A stretch of DNA of 64,000 bases from an uncultured Candidatus Saccharibacteria bacterium. Lineage in GTDB: Bacteria > Patescibacteriota > Minisyncoccia > RBG-13-40-8-A > JAUWHN01. Below the pieces are notes generated by a model. That model was not told the origin of the DNA and did not search any database. It saw nothing but the letters and a program-made list of their open reading frames with translations. Where the stretch lies: NCBI GenBank assembly GCA_964449235.1, contig CAYVAX010000001.1, positions 20,814-84,813 on the forward strand, written 5' to 3'. Made by a program: the position numbers and the translations under genes. Positions 28,183 to 39,005 of this stretch are shown here, one piece after another; the first letter of the stretch is position 1; each line of letters begins with the position of its first letter.

Positions 28183-28202
28183 ATAATTTTATAATCCCAA
28201 CA

Positions 28203-29477
28203 ATGCGTAAAATCCTACAATTCATACTTAAAATATTAACTAAGCTTGTGCTCTGGAAGTATAAGCCAGTGATTGTTGCTGTAACTGGAAGCGTTGGTAA
28301 AACTTCGACCAAGGAAGCTATTTATGCAGTTTTAAAAAATCATTTTGGAGAAAATCAAGTACGCCGCAATCAACTTAATTATAATAATGAAATTGGGGTG
28401 CCCTTAACTGTGTTTGGGCTAGAAACAGGAGGAAGGTCTATAATTTCTTGGCTAATCAAGTTTATTAAAATCTTCTTGATGTTGATAGTCAGAGAACGAT
28501 ACCCCAGAATCTTGATTGTAGAAATGGGGGCAGATAAACCCAACGACATCGGCTATCTTACAAATTTTGTTAAGCCCAAAGTAGGGATTGTGACTGCAAT
28601 TGGAGAAATCCCTGTTCATGTTGAATTCTTTAAAAGCCCCCGGGAGTTAATTTCAGAAAAGAAAAAATTGATTGACTGCCTAACCGATAAAGGAGTGGCA
28701 ATACTAAACTATGATGATCCCATAGTAAGAGAAATGAAAGTAAGGTCAAAAGCAAAAACCATGACTTATGGATTTGAAGAAGGCGCAGAAATACGAGCTA
28801 CTAATTTTGAGTCTAAAATCGTTGATTCTGAAAAAGAGGGAATTTTTGGATTCACCACCTTTAAATTGAACTATAAAGGAAGTGCAGTTCCTGTAAGGCT
28901 AACTAATGCTCTGGGAAAACACCAAATTTATCCAGCATTGGCAGCAGCAGCTGTGGGTATAATTTTTAATTTGAATTTAGTGGAACTTTCTGAAGGATTA
29001 AGAAAATACAAATCTCTTCCTGGAAGAATGAAACTAATCAAGGGAATTAAAAATAGTTTAATCATTGATGACAGTTATAACGCTGCTCCGCTTTCCACAT
29101 TGGGAGCTTTGGAGTGTTTACAACAATTCAATCAAAGAAGAAAAATTGCTGTCTTAGGCGACATGTTAGAAATCGGAAAATATGCCCCTGAAGCTCATCA
29201 GAGAACAGGTCGAAAAGCTGCTGAAGCTGTTGACTTGTTACTCACGATTGGTCAGCGTTCTAAATTCATTGCCAAAGGAGCAAGAGAAAAGGGTATGCAG
29301 AAAAACAAAATTTCTGAATTCTATACCTCTGAAGAAGCAGGCAAGCCGCTTCAAAAAATTATTGAGTCCGGAGATATAATCTTGGTAAAGGGATCGCGTT
29401 CAATGAAAATGGAAAAAATTGTCGAAGAAATAATGGCTGAACCTGAAAAAGCAAAAGAGTTGTTAGTTCAGGAATAA
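28203..29477 (+). CDS. murF: UDP-MurNAc-tripeptide--D-Ala-D-Ala ligase
   Basis: VTGSVGKTSTK, NNEIGVP, DDSYNA.P, LGDMLEIG, LVKGSR. Confidence 0.93.
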   Translation: MRKILQFILKILTKLVLWKYKPVIVAVTGSVGKTSTKEAIYAVLKNHFGENQVRRNQLNYNNEIGVPLTVFGLETGGRSIISWLIKFIKIFLMLIVRERYPRILIVEMGADKPNDIGYLTNFVKPKVGIVTAIGEIPVHVEFFKSPRELISEKKKLIDCLTDKGVAILNYDDPIVREMKVRSKAKTMTYGFEEGAEIRATNFESKIVDSEKEGIFGFTTFKLNYKGSAVPVRLTNALGKHQIYPALAAAAVGIIFNLNLVELSEGLRKYKSLPGRMKLIKGIKNSLIIDDSYNAAPLSTLGALECLQQFNQRRKIAVLGDMLEIGKYAPEAHQRTGRKAAEAVDLLLTIGQRSKFIAKGAREKGMQKNKISEFYTSEEAGKPLQKIIESGDIILVKGSRSMKMEKIVEEIMAEPEKAKELLVQE

Positions 29478-29542
29478 ATTCTAAATTTTAAACTAATTAT
29501 TTTAAAAACCGTTTCTGCAAAGAATTCGGTTTTTATTAACTC

Positions 29543-29570
29543 TTGACAAATTCTCTTAATGTGATATAAT
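29543..29570 (+). promoter_or_regulatory. Sigma70-type promoter
   Basis: TTGACA-16nt-TATAAT. Confidence 0.7.
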
Positions 29571-29627
29571 TTAATTAAGATTAGTGCGAAATGAAGCTCA
29601 TTTAAAATTTGTTTAAGGAGGATAATA

Positions 29628-30212
29628 TTGAATATCAAAAATATTTTTTCTGTTTTTGCTGGATTATTGTTCGCTTTTGGATTTGTACCGTACATCAGAG
29701 CAATTTTACGCGGTGAAACAAAGCCAGCAAAAGCTAGCTGGATAATCTGGGGCACGCTTGACTTAATAGTGCTTATTGGAATGATATCAGCTGGCGCTAT
29801 TAACGGACAAATTCTTTCTGCCGTAATTTGTGCCTGGTTGGTGGTAATATTTGCCTTTAAGTGCGGTACATCTGGATGGAATTGGAATTTACTGGATAAA
29901 TTCTGTTTGGTGGGAGCTGGAGTTGGGATTTTGCTTTGGATTTTTCTTAAAAATCCTATCTTCTGTATTATAATTAGCCTGAGCGTCATGTTTATTGGTT
30001 CAATTCCTACATTCGCATCTGCGTGGCAAGACCCTACTCGTGAAAATAAGATTGCTTGGACATTATTCTGGATATCCTGTATTTTTACAGTTTTAGCCAT
30101 TCCTGTATGGACACTAAGCGATGCAAGTCAACCTATTATGTTTCTCATAATCCAAAGCATAATGATGCTCATTTTATTTTTCCGTCCTCAAAAAAAATCA
30201 CAAAAGAGATAG
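29628..30212 (+). CDS. Hypothetical multi-TM membrane protein (PQ-loop-like)
   Basis: ~7 hydrophobic segments, PYIRAILRGETKP...SW, IPT...W.DP..E; SD AAGGAGG and TTG start. Confidence 0.7.
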   Translation: MNIKNIFSVFAGLLFAFGFVPYIRAILRGETKPAKASWIIWGTLDLIVLIGMISAGAINGQILSAVICAWLVVIFAFKCGTSGWNWNLLDKFCLVGAGVGILLWIFLKNPIFCIIISLSVMFIGSIPTFASAWQDPTRENKIAWTLFWISCIFTVLAIPVWTLSDASQPIMFLIIQSIMMLILFFRPQKKSQKR

Positions 30213-30308
30213 CAGTATTGCTATCTCTTTTCTGTCAATTTGTGCAAGAATTATTAAGATTTGCCCTCTCTTTCTTATTCCCTTAAATTTTGCTAAAATT
30301 AATATAGT

Positions 30309-31283
30309 ATGCCTAGGAAGAATATAGCAGTTTTAATGGGCGGAATGTCTTCAGAGCATGAAGTTTCTTTAAATACCGGGAAAAATGTAGTTAAACACTT
30401 GGATAAGCAAAAATACAGGATTAGAACGATTACAATTAGCAAGAATGGAGGATGGATAGTAAATAGCAAGAAAATAGGCATTGAGCAGGCACTGGAGGGG
30501 ATTGAGGTGGTATTTAATGCCCTTCATGGTGAATACGGAGAAGATGGCCGTATCCAGGGCTTATTAGACTGTATTGGCATTCCCTATACCGGTTCTGGGG
30601 TTTTAGCCAGTGCTGTAGGAATGAATAAAGTGATAAGCAGAAACCTATTTGAATCCCGGGGATTAAAAATACCGCAAGCAGTTATTGCCCAAGATGCATC
30701 CCAGTGCTTGAAACAAAACTTAGCGCGTTTAGGAAAAAAATTAGTGATTAAACCTTCTTGTCTGGGATCGAGCGTAGGAATTAAAATTATTGACAGCAGA
30801 GATAAAAAGGGCCTTAAGCAAGCTATAAGCCAAGCGCGAGAAAAGTGCAATAAAGTTATTATTGAAGAATATATTCCTGGCCTGGAAGTTACTTGTGGAA
30901 TATTAGACCCCGGACCTGATGACAAAAACAAAATTTTAGCTTTGCCAGTAACTGAAATTATTCCCCCAAATGGAAAGTTTTTTGATTACAAAGTTAAGTA
31001 TGACGGCTCTACGCAAGAAATTACTCCTGCAAGAATTAATAAAAAACTCTCTAAAACAATCCAGGAACAGGCAATTAAAGCTCACCGATCACTAGAATGT
31101 CGAGGTTATTCCCGGGTAGATTTCATTTTAAAAAATAAAAAAATTCCCTATGTCTTGGAAGTTAATACCTTGCCGGGATTAACCAGTGAATCTCTTTTGC
31201 CAAAAGCGGCAAAAGAAGCAGGTATTGAATTTTCAAAATTATTGGATATAATAATTAGGAATGCTTTTGGCCCCGTCGTCTAG
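30309..31283 (+). CDS. ddl: D-alanine--D-alanine ligase
   Basis: GGMSSEHEVS, ALHGEYGEDG, GSSVG, FDYKVKY, EVNTLPG. Confidence 0.96.
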   Translation: MPRKNIAVLMGGMSSEHEVSLNTGKNVVKHLDKQKYRIRTITISKNGGWIVNSKKIGIEQALEGIEVVFNALHGEYGEDGRIQGLLDCIGIPYTGSGVLASAVGMNKVISRNLFESRGLKIPQAVIAQDASQCLKQNLARLGKKLVIKPSCLGSSVGIKIIDSRDKKGLKQAISQAREKCNKVIIEEYIPGLEVTCGILDPGPDDKNKILALPVTEIIPPNGKFFDYKVKYDGSTQEITPARINKKLSKTIQEQAIKAHRSLECRGYSRVDFILKNKKIPYVLEVNTLPGLTSESLLPKAAKEAGIEFSKLLDIIIRNAFGPVV

Positions 31284-31341
31284 CGGCCGAGGACATCAGG
31301 TTCTCATCCTGAAAACAGGGGTTCGAGTCCCCTCGGGGCTA
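31269..31341 (+). tRNA. tRNA-Glu (CTC)
   Basis: Acceptor GGCCCCG/CGGGGCT; anticodon arm TCAGG-TTCTCAT-CCTGA; GGTTCGAGTCC; CCA not encoded. Confidence 0.95.
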
Positions 31342-31368
31342 TAGTTATTTAATGTTAAGAATATATTC

Positions 31369-34110
31369 ATGGCCAAATCCAAACAAACAAACCTTAGTTG
31401 GCACGCACTAAGCATAAGTGCGACCCTGAAAGAAGCAAAAACTAATAAAAAAGGACTAACTGAAAAAGAAACTAAAGAACGATTAAAGAAATTTGGACCA
31501 AACAGATTACCGGAGAAAAAGAGAATGCCAGCTATAAAAATATTTTTAAACCAATTTTCTAGTCCGCTAATATATATTTTGGTAATTGCCGGAGTGGTTA
31601 CCTTGGCAGTACAAGACTGGACAGACTCAGTAGTTATTTTCGCTGCTGTTTTTTTAAATACAATCGTAGGATTTTTCCAGGAAAATAAAGCCTCTAAAAT
31701 ATTTGATAAATTAAAAAAATTGGTTAAGCAGCAAGCAATTGTTATCCGAAATGGCCAGGAAAAACAAGTGCAGCAAGAAAATTTAGTGCCTGGAGACATA
31801 ATTATGCTTCAACCTGGAGATAAAATTCCTGCAGACGCACGGGTAATCAAGCAAGATAATCTCAAGATTAATGAATCCGCCTTAACCGGAGAGTGGCTTC
31901 CCACCGACAAAACAACTAAAACTCTTCCTGAAAAAACAAATTTAGCAGATAGAAAAAATATGGTGTTTACAGGAACTGTGGTTGAGAATGGAAGAGGAAG
32001 GGCAATGGTCGTAGCCACAGGATTGAATACGGCCTTGGGGGAAATCGCTGTTTCCATACGAGAATCCAAAGAAGAAAAAACCCCATACCAAAAACGACTA
32101 ATTCATTTTGGTAGAATTATTACTGCAGTAGTGGGAATTTTTTCAGCAGCAATATTTATCGGGGGAATAATTGCTGGAAAAGATTTTTTAGAAATGTTTG
32201 TAACTGCAATTGCAGTTGCAGTCGCAGCAATCCCAGAGGGACTTCCGGTTGCTATGACTGTGATCCTGGCATTAGGCATGGAAAGAATTTCCAGAAAAAA
32301 AGGACTAGTAAGAAAATTAGTAGCCACTGAAACTTTAGGTTCAACCCAAATAATTGGCACAGATAAGACCGGAACTTTAACTCAGGCTAAAATGCAGGTT
32401 GCAGGCGTATATACTGGAAAACAGGCAATTGCAGGAGATGGTAAAAAGTATTTACGAAAAATAGATAACAAGAATGAGCGCAGCACTCCTAGTTTAGCTT
32501 TAAAAATCGGGGCATTGTGCAATGAAGCATTTATCGAAAATCCTGAAGACGCAATGTCTAACTGGAAAATTAGAGGAACCCCCACTGAAAAAGCTCTTTT
32601 ATTAGGAGCTATTCATGCAGGACTAAATAGAAAAGAAATCACCAAACGGCAACCAGTAGTAGACAGTTTGCCGTTTGAGCCCGTTTACAAATATTCAGCA
32701 AACGTACATCAATTAAATAAGAAAAAGAACGTAATCTATGTTCTCGGCGCTCCGGAAATAATTTTAGAAAATGCCAAATATTTGACATTGGACGGTAAAA
32801 AGGAAAAGCTGTCTCCAAAAAAAGTAAAAGAGCTTACTAAAATGTATGAAAAATTGGACAGTAAGGGATTAAGAGTGTTGGCTACCGGATATAAAGAGAT
32901 TAAAAAGGGAACTGTGGAGAATAAAATTAAGGAGTTAGAAAAATCCAAAAAAGGAGATTATTTAGAAAAACAAAAAATTTATGAACAAGAATTTCAGGAA
33001 ATGGTGTTTGTGGGATTTATCGCTCTTAGAGACCCATTACGAAAAAAAGTTAAGCAAGCAATGAAACTATGTAGAAAAGCAGGCATGACCCCTATAATTA
33101 TTACTGGAGACCATCGCTTGACCGCGCAAGCAATTGCTAAGGAATTAGGATTTTCAATAAAAGATAAAAATATTATTGAAGGTAAAAATTTAGAAGAAAT
33201 GGACGATGAAAAATTCAATAATCAGCTTAAAAACTTCAAAATTTACGCACGCGTAGAGCCTAAGCAAAAATTAAGGATTATTAAGGCCTGGCAGGGAAAA
33301 GGGAGAGTGGTAGCAATGACTGGAGACGGCGTAAATGACGCTCCGGCTTTAAAACAGGCAGATGTTGGTGTAGCTCTGGGTTCAGGAACAGATGTTGCTA
33401 AAGAAGCTTCAGATTTAATCCTTCTAACTGATTCCTTTTCGGTTATTGTGGCTGCAATTGAAGAGGGGAGAGCAATTCTTGATAACATTAGAAAAGTAAT
33501 TACTTTTCTATTCGCGGATGCTTTCACAGAAATAATTTTAATTGGATTAAGTATATTAGGACAACTTCCCTTGCCTCTTCTTCCTGCTCAAATATTGTGG
33601 GTTAATCTCATAGAGGGCAGCCTTCCTGCTGTTGCTTTGGGGTTTGAGCCCCAGGAAAAAGACGTAATGAAGCGCGACCCTGAAGATCCTAAGGCCCCGC
33701 TATTAACCAAGGAGATGAAAGTAATTATATTTATTATTGGACTCATTACCACCTTAATTTTATTTGGTTTATTTTTATGGCTTTTAAGATTGAATCTTGA
33801 CTTGGCTGAAGTTAGAACGATTATATTTGCCGCCTTGACCATTGATTCTATCTTCTATATCTTCTCCTGTAAAAACTTACGAAAAAATATTTGGCAGATA
33901 AGAATCTTTTCTAACCGGTTCTTGATATTAAGCTGGCTGTTTGCAGTCTTTATGTTGCTTATTGGTGTCTACGTTCCTGTTTTTCAAACCCTAATTAAAA
34001 CCGTACCCCTTAATTTGTTTGATTGGGTGTTAGTATTTGGTATCGGGTTTATCAATTTATTTGCTATTGAACTAACTAAATTTTTGTTTATAAGGAAAAA
34101 AATAAAATGA
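31369..34110 (+). CDS. P-type cation-transporting ATPase (type II, Ca2+-like)
   Basis: LTGE(W), AIPEGLP, DKTGTLT, TGD, MTGDGVNDAPALK, QILWVNL. Confidence 0.93.
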   Translation: MAKSKQTNLSWHALSISATLKEAKTNKKGLTEKETKERLKKFGPNRLPEKKRMPAIKIFLNQFSSPLIYILVIAGVVTLAVQDWTDSVVIFAAVFLNTIVGFFQENKASKIFDKLKKLVKQQAIVIRNGQEKQVQQENLVPGDIIMLQPGDKIPADARVIKQDNLKINESALTGEWLPTDKTTKTLPEKTNLADRKNMVFTGTVVENGRGRAMVVATGLNTALGEIAVSIRESKEEKTPYQKRLIHFGRIITAVVGIFSAAIFIGGIIAGKDFLEMFVTAIAVAVAAIPEGLPVAMTVILALGMERISRKKGLVRKLVATETLGSTQIIGTDKTGTLTQAKMQVAGVYTGKQAIAGDGKKYLRKIDNKNERSTPSLALKIGALCNEAFIENPEDAMSNWKIRGTPTEKALLLGAIHAGLNRKEITKRQPVVDSLPFEPVYKYSANVHQLNKKKNVIYVLGAPEIILENAKYLTLDGKKEKLSPKKVKELTKMYEKLDSKGLRVLATGYKEIKKGTVENKIKELEKSKKGDYLEKQKIYEQEFQEMVFVGFIALRDPLRKKVKQAMKLCRKAGMTPIIITGDHRLTAQAIAKELGFSIKDKNIIEGKNLEEMDDEKFNNQLKNFKIYARVEPKQKLRIIKAWQGKGRVVAMTGDGVNDAPALKQADVGVALGSGTDVAKEASDLILLTDSFSVIVAAIEEGRAILDNIRKVITFLFADAFTEIILIGLSILGQLPLPLLPAQILWVNLIEGSLPAVALGFEPQEKDVMKRDPEDPKAPLLTKEMKVIIFIIGLITTLILFGLFLWLLRLNLDLAEVRTIIFAALTIDSIFYIFSCKNLRKNIWQIRIFSNRFLILSWLFAVFMLLIGVYVPVFQTLIKTVPLNLFDWVLVFGIGFINLFAIELTKFLFIRKKIK

Positions 34111-35060
34111 TCTTTGTTTATTTAGGATTACTTTTCCTATCTATTTATATATTAATTAAGAGCGGAACAGTGGCAATTAAAAAATTAGTGGCCATGGCCC
34201 GCTATTTAAGAATGTCAGAATACATTCTGGCGTTTATTCTTATGGCTTTAGCGACCAGCTTGCCGGAATTTTTCATTGGAATCAACGCCGCTTTTAAACA
34301 AACCTCTGTTCTTTCTCTGGGAAATGTAATCGGCTCGAATATAGTTAATCTTAGTTTTGTGTTGGGAATGGTGGTAATTATTGGAAGAGGAATTAGAATT
34401 GAAAGTAAGATCGCTAAACGGGACGCCTGGCTGGTATTCTTTATTTCCATTTTGCCATTGCTGTTAATAATTGATAAGAATTTGTCTCGCACTGACGGCA
34501 TTGTGCTTCTGCTGGTTTTTGTTTGGTATCTTAAGCATATTCTCAAATCCAAAGAAGCATTTGAAAAAAGAGTTAACCATTTAAAGCCCAGCGTTGAGGA
34601 ATTTAAACGATTTACCAAGAATTTATTTATCTTCATCGTAGCAATAACTATTCTGTTGGCAAGCTCCTGGGGAACTGTAGAAACCGCTACTTTAGTAGCA
34701 GAAAGTTTTTCTCTGCCCTTGATCCTGATCGGGATCATCTTGGTAGCTATTGGAACCTCTCTTCCGGAGCTAGTATTTGGAATCAAATCCGTAATTATTA
34801 AACATGAAGGAATGAATCTGGGAAACTTGATCGGAAGTACAGTTATTAATTCCACCATGGTTTTAGGGGTTACTTCTATAATTTCTCCGATTAAAATAAA
34901 GAATCTTGATATGATTATGATCGGAGGATTATTTATGATCTTTACAATTTTACTTGCTAACTTCTTTATTGCCACCAAGGAAAAAATCTCCTGGAAAGAG
35001 GGAGTAATTTTAATCCTTGTTTACTTAATATTCTTAGTAGCTGAATTCTTGTTGGGATAA
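34107..35060 (+). CDS. Sodium/calcium exchanger family (YrbG-like) antiporter
   Basis: Two alpha-repeats ATSLPE/GNVIGSNI.N and GTSLPE/GNLIGS..IN. Confidence 0.92.
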   Translation: MIFVYLGLLFLSIYILIKSGTVAIKKLVAMARYLRMSEYILAFILMALATSLPEFFIGINAAFKQTSVLSLGNVIGSNIVNLSFVLGMVVIIGRGIRIESKIAKRDAWLVFFISILPLLLIIDKNLSRTDGIVLLLVFVWYLKHILKSKEAFEKRVNHLKPSVEEFKRFTKNLFIFIVAITILLASSWGTVETATLVAESFSLPLILIGIILVAIGTSLPELVFGIKSVIIKHEGMNLGNLIGSTVINSTMVLGVTSIISPIKIKNLDMIMIGGLFMIFTILLANFFIATKEKISWKEGVILILVYLIFLVAEFLLG

Positions 35061-35083
35061 TTAAAAAATGTTAAAGTGAATTC

Positions 35084-36097
35084 ATGACCCAATATCTATA
35101 CATCACAATTTTTATTCTATTAGCAATTATTATTTACCTGATTATTAAAAAAAGGGCCGGCGCAGGAGTGCAATCTCTGCTTGGAGAAATAAAGGAGATT
35201 CGAAAAGAACTGTCTGAAGCCAGAGAAAAAAGCATGGATTCAATGCAAAAACAATTGCAAGAAAGCAGTAAGTTAGTTAAAGATGTTACTTCGCAATTAG
35301 AAAAAATCCATTCTGATCACCAGCATGTTAAAGACGTTAAGGGGCAATTAGATAAGTTGAGCAACATTTTGGCAAATCCCAAGCAAAGGGGAATATTAGG
35401 AGAATATTTCCTGGAAACATTATTAAAGAATGTATTTCAACCTAATCAGTACCAACTCCAATACAAATTTAAAGACGGAGAAATAGTAGACGCAGTTATT
35501 TTTCTTAAAGATAAAATTATTCCCATTGACTCCAAATTTTCTTTAGAGAATTATAATAAACTTTATGAGCAAAAAGATCCCCATAAGAAAAAAGGGTTGG
35601 AAAAAATGCTAAGGCAGGATTTGAAAAAAAGAATCGATGAAACTGCTAAATACATCCGACCCACAGAAAAAACCACAGATTTTGCATTCATGTTCATTCC
35701 CTCTGAGGGAATATACTATGACCTCTTGATAAACCGCGTAGGAGCTGTTAAAATAAGCACATATGATTTAATAGAATATGCATTTAAAGAAAAGCATGTG
35801 ATTATTGTTTCTCCAACCTCGTTCTACGCTTATTTACAAACCGTACTTCAGGGTTTAAGAGCATTAGAAATTGAAGAATCAGCAAAAGATATTCGAGAAA
35901 GAGTAGAAACTCTTAGAAGGCATTTATTGAATTACAATAATTTTTTAGACAAACTAGGATCTCATTTAAGCACGACCGTAAATACGTATAATAAGGCACA
36001 CAAGGAATTTTCAAAAATAGAAAAAGATACTGCAAAATTGACTGAAAAAAAGAACAAAATAAAGCCGAAAAAAATAAAAAAACCTAAAAAATCATAA
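35084..36097 (+). CDS. rmuC: DNA recombination protein RmuC
   Basis: N-terminal TM, coiled coil, RGILGE..LE, PIDSKF, FAFMFIPSEG. Confidence 0.9.
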   Translation: MTQYLYITIFILLAIIIYLIIKKRAGAGVQSLLGEIKEIRKELSEAREKSMDSMQKQLQESSKLVKDVTSQLEKIHSDHQHVKDVKGQLDKLSNILANPKQRGILGEYFLETLLKNVFQPNQYQLQYKFKDGEIVDAVIFLKDKIIPIDSKFSLENYNKLYEQKDPHKKKGLEKMLRQDLKKRIDETAKYIRPTEKTTDFAFMFIPSEGIYYDLLINRVGAVKISTYDLIEYAFKEKHVIIVSPTSFYAYLQTVLQGLRALEIEESAKDIRERVETLRRHLLNYNNFLDKLGSHLSTTVNTYNKAHKEFSKIEKDTAKLTEKKNKIKPKKIKKPKKS

Positions 36098-36110
36098 TTT
36101 ATTTTCCAAT

Positions 36111-36524
36111 ATGTTAGCAATTATTAAAACTGGAGGTAAGCAATATATTGTTTCTCCTGGTGACAAAATAAAGATTGAAAAAATAAAGGGTAAAAAAAGT
36201 GATAAAGTTGAATTCACGGATGTTTTAATGGTGGAAAAAAATAAAAAAATTGAAATTGGCAAACCAACTGTAAAAACTGCTAAAGTAGTTGGAGAAATTA
36301 TCAAACAGGGAAGAGGAAAGAAGGTTATTGTATTTAAGTATAAATCTAAAAAACGATACAAAAAGAAAAGAGGACATAAGCAGCCATTTACAGAGGTTGA
36401 AATAAAAGATATTCGCAACAAAAAAACTAAAAGAACAGCAGGTAAACAATCTTCTCCCAAAAAGAAAAAACAAACAAAAAAACCAGCAAAAAAGCCGGTT
36501 AAGAAAAAATCAAACAAGAAATAA
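36111..36524 (+). CDS. rplU: 50S ribosomal protein L21 with basic C-terminal tail
   Basis: AIIKTGGKQY, FKYKSKKRY..RGHKQ. Confidence 0.95.
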   Translation: MLAIIKTGGKQYIVSPGDKIKIEKIKGKKSDKVEFTDVLMVEKNKKIEIGKPTVKTAKVVGEIIKQGRGKKVIVFKYKSKKRYKKKRGHKQPFTEVEIKDIRNKKTKRTAGKQSSPKKKKQTKKPAKKPVKKKSNKK

Positions 36525-36560
36525 ATATAAACAGAAAATATATAAAGCTTAAACCTCTAT

Positions 36561-37922
36561 TTAAGCTTTTTTTATTTTCACCCCTTCAGGAGTGTCTTCC
36601 ATCCAATATCCCTGCTGCTTGATTTTCTCTCTAATTTTATCTGCTTGTTCCCATTTTTTTTCTTGTCTTGCTTTTTCTCTTTGTACTATTAATTGTTGAA
36701 TTTTCTTGGGAATTTTAAGTTCTTTTTTTGTTAATAAATCTAACCCCAATACTGTATCCATTGCTTGAATTGTATTTAGCTTTCCCAGAGCCCTTTTATC
36801 TCTCAGCATATTCCATAAAATACTTAATCCTTTGGGCATATTTAGATCGTCGTTAATTGCTTTCTCAAACTGGGAAAAATATTTCTTGTTATTTTTTTTA
36901 TCCAATTTTAATCCTGCAATAATATTTTTCATACGATCATAGCTCTCCTGAGCTTTTTTTAAATTTTTCAAAGAAAAATCAAGCAAGGAACGATAATGGG
37001 CAGTGAGTGTAAAATAGCGGTAGGCTAGGGGAGTAAAGCCCCTTTTTTGTAAATCTGAGATAGTGTATAACCCCCCTGTGCTTTTGCTTATCTTTTCCCC
37101 TTTAAAAACTAAGAAAGCGCCGTGCATCCAATAGTTAACTGATTTTTTATCGGTAGCAGCTTCATTTTGGGCAATTTCATTAGTATGGTGAACAGGAATA
37201 TGGTCTGTTCCTCCAGTGTGAATATCAAACGGAACCCCCAGGTATTTCATTGACATTGCTGAACATTCAACATGCCAGCCAGGAAATCCAACTCCCCAAG
37301 GACTGCTCCATTCTTGCTGTCTTTCTCCGGGTTTCTTGGAAAATTTCCACAATGCAAAATCAGTAATATTTTTCTTTTCTCTCAAATCCACTCTTTTCCC
37401 GGGTTTGAGTTTTTTCTTTTTTAATCTTGCTAATTTTCCGTAATCTGACAATTTAGAAGTGTCAAAATATATACCATCCTTTGTTTTGTAAGTATATCCT
37501 TTTTTCTCAAGAACTTTTACCAAATCAATCTGTTCCTGTATATGTTTGGTTGCTTTCGACCAAATATCGGGCTCAATTATATTCAACTTTTCAAAATCTT
37601 GCTTAAAAGCCTTCCAGTAATAATCTGCAATTTCACTGGCTTTCTTTTTTTCTTTTTTAGCTGCTTTTTCTATTTTATCCTCGCCAGTATCAGCATCACT
37701 AGTTAAATGCCCAACATCGGTTACATTCATTACATGTTTTACAGTATAGCCATTATGGACTAAGCTGCGTTTCAAAATGTCTGCGAAGATATAGCTTCTT
37801 AGATTTCCAATATGCTGATAAGAATAAACAGTTGGCCCACAGCTGTAAAGGCCAACTTTTTTATCTTTTATAGGTTTAAAAACTTCTTTTTTTCTCGTAA
37901 GAGTATTGTACAGTTTAAGCAT
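36561..37922 (-). CDS. cysS: Cysteine-tRNA ligase
   Basis: [34 protein letters not shown]. Confidence 0.96.
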   Translation of the reverse strand: MLKLYNTLTRKKEVFKPIKDKKVGLYSCGPTVYSYQHIGNLRSYIFADILKRSLVHNGYTVKHVMNVTDVGHLTSDADTGEDKIEKAAKKEKKKASEIADYYWKAFKQDFEKLNIIEPDIWSKATKHIQEQIDLVKVLEKKGYTYKTKDGIYFDTSKLSDYGKLARLKKKKLKPGKRVDLREKKNITDFALWKFSKKPGERQQEWSSPWGVGFPGWHVECSAMSMKYLGVPFDIHTGGTDHIPVHHTNEIAQNEAATDKKSVNYWMHGAFLVFKGEKISKSTGGLYTISDLQKRGFTPLAYRYFTLTAHYRSLLDFSLKNLKKAQESYDRMKNIIAGLKLDKKNNKKYFSQFEKAINDDLNMPKGLSILWNMLRDKRALGKLNTIQAMDTVLGLDLLTKKELKIPKKIQQLIVQREKARQEKKWEQADKIREKIKQQGYWMEDTPEGVKIKKA

Positions 37923-37930
37923 AAGAACTT

Positions 37931-38845
37931 TTATAGCCACTTTTGTTTTTTAAAGAAAACCAGCATTCCTGCAGTAGCAACTAGCATAATCCCAAAAATC
38001 ATCCAAAAATCATATTCGTGCCCCACAAGAGGAAGAAATTGAGTATTCATTCCAAAGATTGAAGCCAGTAATGTGAGCGGAAAAACAATTACGGAAAATA
38101 TAGTTAAAATCCGCATAATGCGATTGGTGCGGTTGGAGACTAAGGAATCATTAGTTTCTCTTAGAGCTTCAATGGTTTCTTTGTGATTTTCAAGTATATT
38201 CCAAACGCGTATATAGTCTCCGATGATATCCATAAAGTATGGACGCATGTCTTTGCCAAAAAATTTTAATCCTCTAATTTTTAATGATTCCAAAACAGTT
38301 TTTTGGGGCTTGATTGTTTTTCTAAAATCAAATATATCTCTTCGAACCCAGGAAATTATCTTTACCACCTTTTCACTTCCACCCTCTTTAAAGGTCTTAT
38401 CTTCAATCTGATTTACTTTTTTACTGATATGATCCAACTGTCTTAGAGAAAAATTATACAGTTTTTCAAGTATGCAATGCAGAAGCAGAGCAGGGGTTTC
38501 ACTTAAGGCGCGCTCCCGGGATGTTCTATCTGTCTGGCATTTTGCCAAAAACTGTTTTAAAGGAAGAAGATCTTCATAGTGAACAGTAATTAAAGCATTG
38601 GGGGTAATCAGAAAATCTACCTCTATAGATTTATTTGTTTTTTTCTGGCTATCATAGAAGGGGAAATGAATGACCATGAATAAATAATGATCGTAATGCT
38701 CTACCCGGGGACGAATAGTGGGAGTTAAAAGCTCATCTAGGGTAACGGGGTGAAATTTAAATTTTTTCTTTAAATAATCAAGATCTTTTTTACTGGGGTT
38801 TTTAACATCAATCCAAATATTCTTTTTATGTTTAATAATATTCAT
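37931..38845 (-). CDS. corA: CorA magnesium transporter
   Basis: GMN signature between two C-terminal TMs. Confidence 0.92.
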   Translation of the reverse strand: MNIIKHKKNIWIDVKNPSKKDLDYLKKKFKFHPVTLDELLTPTIRPRVEHYDHYLFMVIHFPFYDSQKKTNKSIEVDFLITPNALITVHYEDLLPLKQFLAKCQTDRTSRERALSETPALLLHCILEKLYNFSLRQLDHISKKVNQIEDKTFKEGGSEKVVKIISWVRRDIFDFRKTIKPQKTVLESLKIRGLKFFGKDMRPYFMDIIGDYIRVWNILENHKETIEALRETNDSLVSNRTNRIMRILTIFSVIVFPLTLLASIFGMNTQFLPLVGHEYDFWMIFGIMLVATAGMLVFFKKQKWL

Positions 38846-38940
38846 AATTGTTTATAGTTTATTTCTTAACTTAACCTTAAATATATTATATCACATCTAG
38901 AAATATTTTCCTAACAACTTTGTGGATACATGCACAGGGG

Positions 38941-38969
38941 TTGACAGGTTTTTCCCGCACGATTATAAT
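38941..38969 (+). promoter_or_regulatory. Consensus sigma70 promoter of the hrcA operon
   Basis: TTGACA-17nt-TATAAT. Confidence 0.85.
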
Positions 38970-38973
38970 ACAA

Positions 38974-39000
38974 TTAGCAGTCTTCTCTTAAGACTGCTAA
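38974..39000 (+). promoter_or_regulatory. CIRCE operator (variant)
   Basis: TTAGCAGTC-N9-GACTGCTAA, 5 nt before the hrcA ATG. Confidence 0.92.
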
Positions 39001-39005
39001 TCAAA

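Noticed and set aside
29468-30100. 210-aa minus-strand ORF
   Set aside because: Antisense to the plus-strand membrane gene, which has promoter and SD support
34202-34978. 258-aa minus-strand ORF
   Set aside because: Fully antisense to the Na/Ca antiporter; no motifs
38922-39005. N-terminal extension of HrcA in the ORF track
   Set aside because: Spans the promoter and CIRCE; the real start is ATG 39006
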